Shown here in pieces: positions 50,928-63,410 of a stretch of DNA of 64,000 nucleotides. This DNA comes from Chiloscyllium plagiosum (lineage: Eukaryota). The stretch lies in the NCBI RefSeq assembly GCF_004010195.1, contig NC_057718.1, positions 77,749,571-77,813,570 on the forward strand, read 5' to 3'. The notes below the pieces were generated by a model. That model had not been told where the DNA came from, searched no databases, and saw only the letters and a program-made list of their open reading frames with translations. The translations under genes and the position numbers were made by a program. Numbering within the stretch: the first letter of the stretch is position 1; each line of letters begins with the position of its first letter.

Positions 50928-52139
50928 AGATTGTCAAGAGCATCTAGGATTTCTCACACAATGCAGGATTAGCCTGAGCTCCTCAGACATATCTTAACTA
51001 AATAAAATATGGGTTTTTTTCTTCAGCTTTACCCTTATTCTTACCTAAGTATAGATTAGTAGAATTTTATTCTTGTTTCGGTCACACTCAGGTCTGCTGC
51101 TGGTCTTTCTATTTCTCTGTGAACATTCTAATCTTGTCTGCTCCCCTCATTGATGCTGATTGGCTATCACAGGATCCTCATCTCATCTGCTTCTAACAAC
51201 TTCTAAAACCTAGCTTGAATTCAGCCAAGACTGAAATTTTGCTTCAATTTTTGCATTAAAGGCTCCAAATGAAATGAATAAGTCTCAACCCATTGATCAA
51301 TGAACCCATAACACTAATCCATCCAACATTAGTACTTTCTCATTGATGCCACTGACTGATGTTGCAAATGAAAAATAAAATACAATATAGCAGAAAATAC
51401 TCTTGCTTTTGGGAAACGCAACAGAGAAATCATGACTTCACACTTGCCATGCTGTGCCTGACCTGGGTGTGACAGACACTGAGAAAAAAAACTAAAATGG
51501 GAAAATATTGCCCTGCAGCTACATTTACAAAAACACAAAAATAGCAAAGATTTGGTGGTGGGAGGAAAGTGAAGACCATGTGCTTACACAACATTTCTTG
51601 CTTCCATTACACCAGTTATATTGCTCACCGGAAATTTAGCTGGTGAATCAGATACAAGTAGCTCTAGGACAAATCATGCAGGTTAAAAAACTTCAAACTT
51701 AGACAGAATACTTAAAAATATTCCTACATTGCTGGAAATACAAGCAATATAAGGTTCAAAAAAGTCTGGAAAACCATATTAAGGGATACTGAAATGCAAT
51801 TTAATTGTTGACATGGATTACAAATACCAAGAGGCCAATTTGGGGTGTGAGCCAAACCACCAAGCCCTTGCATTGGAAAGGCTACCTACAACAAATTGCC
51901 AATTTACTTTGGTTACTTACGCAGATTTAAAAGAAACTGGATGACGACAGGAGCTAAAACAGGCAACCCTAAACCATAAGATGTTTTAAGCATATATTTG
52001 TTGACTGCAATGTATTCTGGTCCTCATGGTGCCAATTCTCCTTGATTTTGCAGAGTTCGCCTCAAAGCTTGGTCATAACTCTTTGCTGTTTGGAAATCTT
52101 GCTTTGTATATCTAGTCAAAAATTAAATGTAACTACTGA

Positions 52140-52740
52140 TAGACCATCCTGATCGCATAGCTATGATAAGATTCCCTACCTTTATATGACAAACCACTTG
52201 CAATAAAGGGCAACATTTCATTTACTTTCCTCATTAGATCCTGTACCTACAAGCAGACATTTTGTGATTCACACACAGATCCCATTCTATTTATATAACA
52301 TTCTGCTTTTGTAGTCTTTCTGCCAAAGTGAACAACCTCATATTTTACCTGCTCACTGAACCCATCTCTATACCTTTGCAAACTATTTATGTCATAGAAT
52401 CATAGAATCCCCATAATGTGGAAGCAGGCCATTTGACCCTCTAAACAACATACCGATGAAACCCACCCTCCCTACTCTATCCCTGTAGCCCTGTGTTCCT
52501 CATGGCTAATCCACCTAGCCTGCACATCCCAGGACACTATGGGCAAATTAGCATGGGCAATCCATTTGACCTAATACATGCATCCTCCCTAAAACTTACT
52601 TTGCTGCCAATATTTGGATTATCAGCAAATTTTGCTACAATGCAGTAAGTTCATTCATCCAAGTCATTGATAGGTATTGTAAATAATTTAAGTTCCAGAA
52701 CTGATCCCTGCAGCACTCCACTAGTTAGTGTGCCAATCTA
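52140..52740 (-). mobile_element. CR1 RT fragments with nested partial HE1-like SINE (about 52393-52580)
   Basis: SGVLQGSVL..FTIPINDLD, KFADN; SINE tail catagaat repeats. Confidence 0.7.
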
Positions 52741-53239
52741 GTTCATATAGTGCAGAGAAAAGTATTTATTTTGTGGAGCTAGCCATTTTTTTTATCATTA
52801 TTGAGAATTCCAACCTTTAGAACATCTATGTAATAACAACGAATTGCAAGTCTGATTCCCACTTGAACTATGAGAACTCAACTTATGTAAACCGATATAT
52901 TCCCTCCTCTCATGGCATGTGAAGGCCTTGGCATTTGGAAGTCTTGATGTCACTGCCACAATAAAAAGACTGCAGCCATGAGTATTACATTTTGGATCTA
53001 TATTGTTCCTCTGATATATTGCTATTTTAATTACAAAAAGTGAGAAACCAATTATTATGGGAATGCATATTAAGTCTGCCACACTCTCGTGCTGCATAGC
53101 AGTCATGTGTGAGGTACTAAAGTATCAGTATATCCAATCTAGCAGCTACATGGAAAGCAGAAAGCAGTACACTTAAATGAAACATTCCCGCATTCAGTGT
53201 TTAAAGTGAGGCTATTTATAATTTATTGGAACTGAAAGA

Positions 53240-55476
53240 CATAGGATGATGGCAATGGTTGTGAGTAAAAACCCAAACATTGTGAATGAACTTAGTGGTG
53301 AAAAACCAAACCTTTGAAAAATCAATTCAATTAGACTATTACTCTATGGGTTGGTTATTGTTTAATAGCTGGGAGGTGAGCGAAGACAACAACAGCAACC
53401 CAGACAAAAGTTATGAAAAATCAGAACAGCTCCAGTCAAAGTCAAATCATTAAATCTACTAATATAAGTTTCAAGCATGAGGCAGGAGTCAGGTGAATCT
53501 GTTGACAATTTCATAACAAAATTGAAAATATAGCCAGAAAAATGTGAGTACCCAAATGAAAGCCTGTTAGATCAGCTCATATATGACTTTGTATATGAAG
53601 CTCAAAGAGACTAATTGGAAGCTCACAATATCACAAGCTATAGGCATTAATAGAGTACATGATGAAGATGAAGCTGTTGACTACCCAAAGAGCTAGCTTT
53701 TAGTTAGATCTAAAAAATGACAGCAGGGCAGGAGATTTGAAGCAATGAATAACTACAGAAGAATTCACATCAGATGTGCCAAAGATGTGGATAACCACAG
53801 GAGTTCACATATAGATTGCCAACAATATATTGCCTCTGAATCAAACAGCAAAGGTTCTGGGAAGCCAAATCACTGGGAAAAGGATGTACCAAGGAAAGAA
53901 CAAAGATGGTAAGTGATTTATCAGTGTCATAGCAAAAGGGCAAATGAGAGGCATGGTGGCTCAGTGGTTAGCACTGCTGCTTCACAGCACCAGGGACCCA
54001 GGTTCGAGTCCGGCTTCAGGCATCTGCCTGTGTGGAGTTTGCACATTCTCCCTGTGTCTGCATGGGTTTCCTCTGGGTGTTCCAGTTTCCTCCCACAGTC
54101 CGAAGATGTGCAGGTCAGGTGAAATGGGATGCTGGGTGCTTTTGTCAGAGGGAAATGGGTCTGAATGGGTCACTCTTTGGAGGGTTGGGGTGGACTTGTT
54201 GGGCTGAAGGGCCTGTTTCCACACTGTAGGGTATCTAATCTAAAACATCCCTGAAAGCTGACAATACATTTGATGATACAATAGATATAGGAACTTTACA
54301 ACCACATGAAATGTCTGGGTGTGACAGCAACACCACAGAGATTATATATCCCATCTCAGTTGTCACCACAAGAGAAACATGAGATAAACGTTCTAGCTTT
54401 AAAAAAGCTATCGCTGAATAAATGTAGCATCACTGAAAATGAGCCAAATTAGAGATCAATCCAGCAACAATGAAAAGTTCGGAATGCCTGGATCACTTGC
54501 TTCTGTTAACAAGTGATCCAAAGACGGCTTGATTATATAGCCAGTATAGCCAGCAGTATGGTAGGTACTGGTCTATCTGAGATGATAACTCACTAAAAGC
54601 TGATGTTATGTCAACAAGACCCAGGTTAATCATATGCAAAACAATTCAATAAGAAATTTTTCAAAAGGTACATTAAAGCTACTTGGGAATAAGCTCAGTG
54701 CCATCTACAAAAGTATTGAAAAAATGATACCCACATGCTGTGGATGCCAGAAATACATACCAATAAGAGGTCTCACTGCTGGAGTATCACCCAGATTTTG
54801 ACATACTATAGGAGCCAATTTATTCAGATGAAATCATGAATGGTACCTCATAGTTGTGGATTATTAAATTTTCTTTGTATCCAAACGGCGAAAGATTTCA
54901 GAGCTACATCTAAGTAGTACGAGTTCCATTCATTGAGCAAGCTAGGGATCGTGAAAGGAAAATGCGTGACCAGGATCCCAATTCACTCCAGAAAATTTCA
55001 GGAACAGTGAAAATCAGCAGCTCATCCCCACATTACACCAGGTGACACTACAGATAGAGACCTCCAAATGTTCACAAGGAGCCTCATGAAATGCAAAGAG
55101 ACAAAGGAAGGCTTAATTAATCCAACCTACATTTCTCAAGGCTGACATAATCTGCCTGCTGCAGAACTGTTGAATGTAAAAATGTATGTGACAAATCTGC
55201 AAAGCAAGATACTCCCTCTATGTTTTGCTGCTTTTGGAACTGTGAATGCTAACTAGCCAAGGTCCAGGATGGCACCATATTACCAGTAGCCATAAGGAGT
55301 CCAAGCAGCAGCATGCTGCATTAAAGATATGTACAGAAGTTGCTCTGCAAATGCAAGTTACCACAATGCAAGTTAAATAAATCTGTTTTGAGATTTCAAA
55401 GTAAACTGAACTTAAACTACTTACCAATTGGGTGTGAGAATGGTATTACTGTGTTGAAGAAAACAACCTAAGATTA
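53240..55476 (+). mobile_element. Heavily decayed Gypsy internal region (gag, zinc knuckle, integrase)
   Basis: ESGESVDNFITKLKI*PEKCEY..LLDQLIY; GKPNHW; CCGCQK; YLIVVDY; DQDPQF; SSPHY. Confidence 0.7.
53948..54243 (+). mobile_element. HE1-like V-SINE
   Basis: Homologous to 50591-50927. Confidence 0.85.
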
Positions 55477-57549
55477 AGTTTAAAATCACACAATGCCAGG
55501 TTATAGTCCAATAGCTGCTCCTTCATCAGGTGGTTGTGCAGAATAAGATCATGATCACAGATTTTATAGCCAAAGGAATCCAGTATCATGGAGATGTGAT
55601 ACATTAAACAATTTTAGATTACATCTTTCATCTTTTAGAATGGGTTATGATGGTTCTTTGATATGTAAATCACAGAACTTCTTTCAAATTACATTCTCAA
55701 GATAACTCAGCTTTTCTCACAATCGGTGTGAAGTCTGTCTGTGTCCTAATGTTGAGTCAGACTGACAAGCCCGCTACATAGTTTTGCAGAGTTTTATATG
55801 GATTTGTGCATTTTTGAGCAAAATAAAATGTAATTCTGCAAAAACAAATTCCCCCCATAAACTTATATATGGGCGCGGGTTGGAGTGGCATAGTGAGTGT
55901 GTACGTGAGTGTGTTGTGTATGGGTGTGAGTGTATATGTGTGTGTGCAAGCTTGGTTAAGTGTATGTGTGAGTGTGATGGGTTATGTGTGAGAGGGTGCA
56001 TGTGTTGGTGTGAGTGTGGGGGTGTTGGTGTGTGCATATGAGAGAGAGCTTGTATATGAGAGAGGGCCTGCGTGGGGTGTGTGAGTATGTAGGAGTGCAT
56101 GTATGTGTGTGAGAGAGAAAGTGTATGGTGCTGTGGGGTCACCAGTAGTGTGACATGAACCCAAGGTCCAGGTTGAAGCCAATCTCATGGATACCGAGCT
56201 TTGCTATCAGCTTCTGTTGAGCCACTCTGTGCTATTGCTTCTCCCGAATTCCACTTTAGGGTATGGTCACCTGAAGTTCCGAGGCTGTATGTCCTGGACC
56301 TTTGAAGTGAACACTTCAGTGGTCCAGAACATTTGGCCTCAGACCTTTGGGTGACCATCCTCCAAGGCAGACTTCAGGACAAGCAATCATGCAGAGTGGC
56401 TCAGCAGAAGCTGATAGCAAAGCTCGGTATCCATGGGAATGGCCTCAACCTGGACCTTGGGTTCATGTCACACTACTGGTGACCCCACTGCACCATACAC
56501 TTTCTCTCTCACACACATACACGCACTCCTACATACTCACACACCCCACGCAGGCCCTCCCTCTTATACAAGCTCTCTCTCATATGCACACATCAACATC
56601 CCCACACTCACACCAACACATGCACCCTCTCACACATACCTCATCACACTCACACATACACTTAACCAAGCTTACATACACGCATATATATATATATACA
56701 TACACATACTCTATCAGGCGCACTCACACCCACACACATATACTCACATGCACACTCACTCTGCCGCTCCTACGTGCGCACACATATAGGTTTATGGGAT
56801 GAATTTGTTTTTGCAGAATTACATTTTATTTTGCTCAAAAACTGCATGAATCCATGTAAAACTCTGTAAAACTATGCAGAGGGTTTGTCAGTCTGTCTCA
56901 ACATAAGGACACAGATAGACTTCACACCTATTGTTAGAAAAGCTGAGCTGCCTTGAGAATGATTTGGGAGGTGCCCTTGTTGGACTGGGGTGTACAAAGT
57001 TAAAACTCATACCATACCAGGTTATAGTCCAACAGGTTTAATTGGAAGCACTAGCTTTTAGAGCGCAGCTCCTTCATCAGGTGGTTGTGGGGAATAAGAT
57101 CATGCTCACAGATTTTATAGCCAAAGGATTCCAGTGTCATGGAGAGGTGATGTCACAACCACCTGATGAAGGAGCGTCGCTCCGAAAGCTAGTGCTTCCT
57201 ATTAAACCTATTGGACTATAACCTGGTGATGTGTGATTTTTAACTTTGTCCTGAAAATGTAATTTAAAAGAAATTTTGGGGTTCACATATCAAAGAACAG
57301 AAACCAGCATATCCCATTCTAAAAGATGAAAGATCTAATCTAAAATTGTTTAATGCATCACATCTCCATGACACTGGACTCCTTTGGCTATAAAATCTGC
57401 GATCATGATCTTATTCCCCACAACTACCTGATGAAGGAGCAGCACTCCAAAAGCTAGTGCTTCCAAATAAACCTGTTGGACTATAACCTAATGTTTTGTG
57501 ATTTTTAACTTTGTCCACCCCAGTCCAACACTGGCACCTCTATAAATCA
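55477..57549. mobile_element. Fold-back PLE derivative (family B), about 2.1 kb, 12-bp TSD, nested hairpin at about 56962-57250
   Basis: Centre tgaagtg-aa-cacttca at 56303-56318; TSD aacctaagatta at 55465-55476 and 57550-57561. Confidence 0.92.
57160..57194 (+). ncRNA. Minimal hammerhead ribozyme motif (family B), fully intact
   Basis: CAC-CTGATGA-A-GGAGC-GTC-GCTCC-GAAA-GC-TA-GTG: stem I CAC/GTG, 5-bp stem II, palindromic AGCT. Confidence 0.8.
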
Positions 57550-57629
57550 AACCTAAGATTATTATAACCTCCAAGTGATCAGGTAGAAGTAAGACAACTG
57601 ATCTCTAGGTAGAAGGAGGTCATCACCTC

Positions 57630-58130
57630 AGTAAGCATAGGAATACAGAATGTAAGAGCCCAGGATTTAGGTCTTCGGAGCAGCAGTGGACCAGTTGGCC
57701 CTTTGAGTCTGCTGCATTATTCAACATGATCATGGCTGATCTTATTCCCTGCATCTTGACTCTTTGTCTTTCAGAAATCTAATTTAGCCTTGATTACATT
57801 AAAAGACTTAGGCTCAATATTATTTTGGAGAAGAGAACTCTATACTTTAATGACCCTATGATAGAAAAACATTCTCCTGAACACTGCCTTAAAAAGAAGA
57901 CCTCTTATTCTTAAACCATGTCCCCTAGTTTTAGTCTACCCCAAGGGACACATCCTCCAAGTATCCACACTCTCTAGACCACTCAAGTTCTTCTATGCCT
58001 CAACAAGGTCATCTTCCATCTTTTGAAACTCCAATGGATACAGACTTAGCTTGCCAAAGCATTCTTCTTAAGATAGGTCCTTTCAGCCCAGGAATCAGCA
58101 AAGTTATAGGAGGGTTCACTGACTGCTCTT
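57630..58130 (-). mobile_element. CR1 3' fragment
   Basis: GHGLRIRGL..AVFRRMFFY; LKGPILRRML. Confidence 0.7.
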
Positions 58131-58619
58131 CAGTCACTCCAAACTGTTTTAGTGATCTACTGAAAACCTTGTGATATGACCCACCTTTGTATCTCAGCAA
58201 AACTGCATGTACATAATCACCTGGAACAGTCAAATGAGTAATCAGTCAAATGGAACCTTGTACTGTCTCCTGAATATTACAATATCCTCCAAGTGTTGGC
58301 GGTGAAAGTGCAAAAATGCATAAATTCATCAAACTGTTGTTCTGTGCTACACTGTAAATACTGTTAAGGACACATAAACTACTCCCATGAGTTACCTTTT
58401 ACCTCTGCTAATATTTATCTCCACCGAAACATACTCTATACTTTGATCTTTCAAGTTAAGATTATTTCTCAGTACTGATCTAATACCATCCAACAGAGCT
58501 ATCCTGTCAGCTTTTCCTAACTTCCTGATATTCCAATAAATCAAATATCCTTCAGCATTCAACATTCAACATTTAATTTTGTTAAAACCCTGCCTGAGTT
58601 ATTGAAAGGGCAAACTATA

Positions 58620-58712
58620 CGGGGTCAGTTAGACTCGAAACGTCAGCTCTTTTCTCTCCTTACAGATGCTACCTGCTGAGATTTTCCAGCATTTTCTCTT
58701 TTGGTTTCAGGA
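58620..58712 (+). mobile_element. PLE terminal-repeat fragment (family C variant)
   Basis: GGGTC-AGTTA-GACTC-GAAACGTC then family tail; the CUGAnGA half is missing. Confidence 0.7.
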
Positions 58713-60154
58713 TCCCAACATGCAAACCAGGACACCAGCAAATATTATTGGTGAAGTTGAGACTCCAGAAGCAAGCAAATCAGAATGGGCAGAGTTCAGG
58801 TCTGACCTATACCTCAGAAAAGATCATTAACAGCACAGCAACATCATTATTCAGCGAGTCAACATTACCAGTAGTACAAAATGTGAACACAACCAGCAAG
58901 TGCCATAAACAATAGCAATATTAAACATAACCTTCAACACAAAAATTAATCACCTGTGCATTGTGTGCCAACTCACCAGTGAGTACCAAATCCAGAAGAT
59001 GGAGGCACATCCTATCACCTAAGAGATACTGTGAATAATATTTTTCGAAAAGAAAACAAGCTATGAAACACTCGACATGTTCCACTTGATTATAAAAGTT
59101 ATTTATTCATTTTCATCAGTGTGATATCACATATATAAAAACATTAATGATTGGAATAGTTATTTGATTTTTTTAAGGAAAGAGATGTAATATTGTTATA
59201 CTAAGGACACTTAGGAACTAATTCTGATGAAAATGCAGATACAGGGTGCTAAATTTTACAATTGCATAGCAGTTCTGTGTCAAGTAACATGAATCAGTCT
59301 ATTCATTCTACCAATCCCTTGGTGAGCAGAAAGCAATATACATGGTGAAGTTCCAGGATTTTGAATCTAAAAGGTGATTATTTCTAAATTATATGCGCCA
59401 GGGGACAAAACACTTTGAACTGGAATTTTTTGAAAATGGAAGAGCCCCAAGCCTGAGCAAAAATGGCACCAGACATCTAACTCCAAACGTTCCACTTCCC
59501 CTCCCACTATCCAGCAACTATTATTTCCTCTGGGGTAGAGAGAGCAGAATGAAGTTTACAGATGCATTATTCGTTATCAAAGGAAATTGTCTGCTTTCTT
59601 CACTATGTTGAGAGAGAAAGGCAAAGAAGATTAATTTTAAAAATTGAGAAAAAGAGATAAATGAAGGATAAGAAAAGCGGAATATATTCTTGCTGGCAAA
59701 AGCACCTTATTGTTTTTAAGCAGGTTTATTTTTGTTATGAATGAGCATTTGAGACATGCAATGACATGCATACTGAAACTGTCCAATTTCTGGCCACTTG
59801 CTTCCTTGCAGAAGAAAGGAAAAAAAAATCCTAAATCCATAGCTTGAAAAATGCCAGTATCTTTTATGGAGAAATCGGCACCAGGAGCCTTTACTGACAA
59901 ATGTAAATGTTGCTTTACCCACGAGACAGAAGTGGAGACACAGACGCACCACTGCTTATTAGTCTGAAATTCCCCTGCATAATTATTTAAGCTGTAGGAG
60001 ACAGACAAGTGTTGCTACTTCACAATTACTACATAATGTTGCAAACTGCAATAGCAAGGCATCAACCAACACAGTCAGGCTACATGCCACATTGCAATCT
60101 GATTAGTCAAAACCTAATTCAAACTAGCATGTCTAAGATAACGAGTCATATACC

Positions 60155-60305
60155 TGATAAAAGCAAAATACTGTGGATGGGGAAATCTGAACTAAAATTG
60201 TGCTGAAGTGCAATGAAAATGATAAAGAAACCCAGTAGATATGGAAGCATTTCTGGAGAGAGGAACAGAGTTAATATTTCTAGTCCGAAATCACTCATCT
60301 TCAGA
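60155..60305 (-). mobile_element. Old PLE terminal-repeat fragment (family C-like)
   Basis: Similar to 403-540; minus strand CTGAAGATGAGTGATTTCGGACTAGAAA. Confidence 0.55.
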
Positions 60306-60744
60306 ATAGTACCTAGTTTGGCACAAATTAATTCCAGAATATTACCCAAAGTGGCACCACCCTGATGAATAGCAGTCAGCAGTAATGACTCACATTTTAC
60401 AAATTGGCTTGGGACAAATTGCTAAACAGGCTAACTCAGTACTCAGCCTGCTCATTTAGTATGTTTCAGAACAGCAAGCTCTATTCATAATATAATACAA
60501 GACATCAATGACAAACTCCTTTCTCCTTTTTACTTACTTCACTCTGGATATCCATTTTCCTAGCCCAATTTTCCAATTTAGCTCTCTTGAGAAACGCAGA
60601 CAATATTTGATTTGGGAGCTGTTCATCATAATGCAGCAACAGAATTGGAGGCCACTCCTTATGTAGCTTTTCATAACTGAGGTTTTCTGGCATTTAAAGG
60701 TTCAAAGCAACCTTGACAAGGCACAGAGAGAAATTGTGTCGAAG

Positions 60745-61250
60745 GAAAGTAGGTGAGACAGTAGGTTGGGCAGGTAGGCAGATGAGGGGGCTTGGTGATG
60801 AGTGGGTGAGGCAGGTATGTTAGTGTGTGGATAGGAGGAATGTAGGCAGGCAATGGGAACATGGTAGATTGAGTCAAAGAGTGTTGAGAATCAGATTAGG
60901 TGTTTGGATTGGGTCAAACGAGTGTCAGGTCTAGGGCTAATCAGGTCAGGGAAGGGTATTGGATTAGGATAGGAGAATATTGGGTCAAGGCTTCATTTTG
61001 AGAAGTTGGTCATAGGGGTGCTAAGTTGGGGGTTTGTGTTGTGGGAATTAGGTTGGGGGGCTTAGGTGAGAGAGGGTCATGTTGAGGGGTGCTGAGTTGG
61101 GGAATAATGGAATATGAGGTCACGGGCAGTGTTTTTAGTTAAGGGATTGCGCTGGATCAGGGAGTTTATCAGGTTGGGATAATGTCATGTTGTCTTAGAT
61201 TGGGTAGGGCTCTCAAGGTGGGAGAGAAGTTGAGGGGTCTGTGATGAGTT
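60745..61250. repeat. G/T-rich degenerate simple repeat
   Basis: Recurrent gggt/aggt/ttggg words. Confidence 0.65.
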
Positions 61251-62563
61251 AGAAGGTTCAGTTTTACAGTTACCTAAGAATTAGAGCTGATTTTAATTCC
61301 TCTAACTTTCCCGCATAACTATTCAGGTAAAACAAGTCAGAATCCTCTAAAGTCTTCAACTGTAACTCAGCTTTGAGACCTTTTGGAGCATTCCAGATGT
61401 TAGGTAATTGCCAATGGAAATTCCCAGATAATTCTGAAGTAGACAGTGCATTGGAATATCCAAATGAACCTGTAGTATATTTTTCAAACGATGTCAATGC
61501 AATCGCTATCTTCCAATCAACCCCACTGATTTTATTTTAAGAAGAGCAGTGAAGAGATGAAGGACCTACACAACGTAATAGCCTTAAATATTACAGTTTG
61601 GTCTTAATCATGAGATATCATGGGTCCTGAAACAGCAAACGTGGAAAGATCATTTCTTTTGATGAAGGAGTGTATGATGAAAATCCACCAGTTTAAAATC
61701 AGTGCTGAGAGGAGTATAGTGGGACACCTATATGCACACAGAGAGTTGTTAGAGAATTGGAAGCTTTGTGACTGAGATGTCTGACACTGATAATTGTGTT
61801 GCTTAAAGGATAAGCAGATAAATATCAGAAGCAAAGTAACATATGGGAAAAGGAGCAATGTATTTTATTGTTGGTATATGCATGTGATAAAAGTAAATAT
61901 AGACATAATGAATCCTACTAAGTCTCAGAAATTCTATATGTCATGTAACATTTCATTTTCACTCCACAATCACTATACTTTGTTTCACACCACTTTACTC
62001 TTTCACCTCTTGGCCATCAATTTAAACCTAGGATGAGCTGCAAGGAGAAGGGTGGAGATCGGAAAATTTGAGAATAGGAAATCTAACCACAGCCACCTCC
62101 AGTTTTAGCAGAGACAGATTGACTAAATACTGTCTGTGTCTGGGTGCCTCATTTCAATAGTACCATGAGATTGCTGACTAAGACATTGTCTGTCTTTTGG
62201 GTTGAACATTGGCCAGGTGAGTTTCCTATACTCAGAAACCCAACAAATGAAGGGAGCTGAAAATGGCTGGTTTGAACTGCATTGTTTGCAGGACAGGAAT
62301 ATCAGGATTGTTTCAAACCATTAAATCTGAAAATATTGAAGAAGGTTATGTTTAATCCCCCATGCTGGATGAGCAGAAGAGTGATTGTTGGGAGTTGGAG
62401 AAGGGGGAGCAGTTAAAAGCTTTAAAATGAGATGTAATTCACTTCTATTTCTTTCCCACTGAAGATTCTTTAGCCTGGTGACAGATTTTGATCTAAATGT
62501 CCAAAACAAAAAATCCTTAAAACAAATCTTCCAACAAACATGATAAGATTGCATTAAAGTCAG

Positions 62564-62784
62564 GGAGGAGAAAGTGGGGACTGCAGATGCTGGAGATCAG
62601 AGCTGAAAAATGTGTTGCTGGAAAAGCGCAGCAGGTCAGGCAGCATCCAAGGAGCAGGAGAATCGACGTTTCGGGCATAAGCCCTTCTTCAGGAATCATC
62701 CTGAAGAAGGGCTTATGCCCAAAACGTCAATTCTTCGGCTCCTTGGATGCTGCCTGACCTGCTGCGCTTTTCCAGCAACACATT
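62564..62784. mobile_element. Hairpin PLE mini-element (family A) with back-to-back hammerhead motifs
   Basis: Minus core 62665-62692 intact; plus core from 62701 has GAAA changed to AAAA; TSD ttaaagtcag at 62554-62563 and 62785-62794. Confidence 0.92.
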
Positions 62785-62794
62785 TTAAAGTCAG

Positions 62795-63410
62795 AGACTC
62801 TTAGATCCCTCTGTTCCTCTGAACTTTCTAGTGTTCTGCCTTTTATTGAGTACGCCCTTGGCTTGATACTTCTTCTGAAGTGTGTTATCTCACACCTTTC
62901 AGGGTTAAATTCTATCTGCCACTGATCTGCCTATATGACCAATTCATTTATATTGCCCTGTAACCAAGAACGCCTTCTTTACTATCGATTCCCAACCAAT
63001 CTCCATGTCATCCACAAACTTACTTATCACCATCCCATCCCCCACTGTTCTCGTCAACAGTGTTTATATATAAAACAAATAATAAGGGACCCAACACCAA
63101 TCACTGTGATACACCACTGGACACAGGACTCCAGTTACACAAACAGCTTTTTATCACCGCCTTCTTAGTCCTCCCACCAAACCAATTTTGGATCCAATTT
63201 GCAAAGTTACACTGGATCCCATGGGCTTTTGCCTTCTTTATCTGTCTGCCATGTGGGACTTTGTCAAAGGCTATGCTGAAATTCATATAAACTGCAACAA
63301 CTGCCCTACCTTCATATACGTATATGGTCACCTCCACAAAAAAATTCAGCTAGATTCGTTGTGCATGACTTGCCTCTGAAAAAGCCATGCTGACTATCTC
63401 ATAATAAATT
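62795..63410 (-). mobile_element. CR1 RT fragment
   Basis: AVYMNFSIAFDKVPHGR...NWIQNWFGGR...WSPVSSGVSQ. Confidence 0.85.

Noticed and set aside
55774..56802. His/Thr-rich and Cys/Val-rich ORFs
   Set aside because: Translations of the (CA)/(GT)-rich tract inside the family B palindrome.
60505..60712. Possible minus-strand exon with GTAAGT donor (MPENLSYEK...)
   Set aside because: No recognisable homology; such donor words are expected by chance in 64 kb.
62517..62804. Recurrent peptide MCCWKSAAGQAASKEQENRRFGHKPFFRN as a small protein family
   Set aside because: Antisense translation of the family A terminal repeat; the conservation is explained by the repeat.
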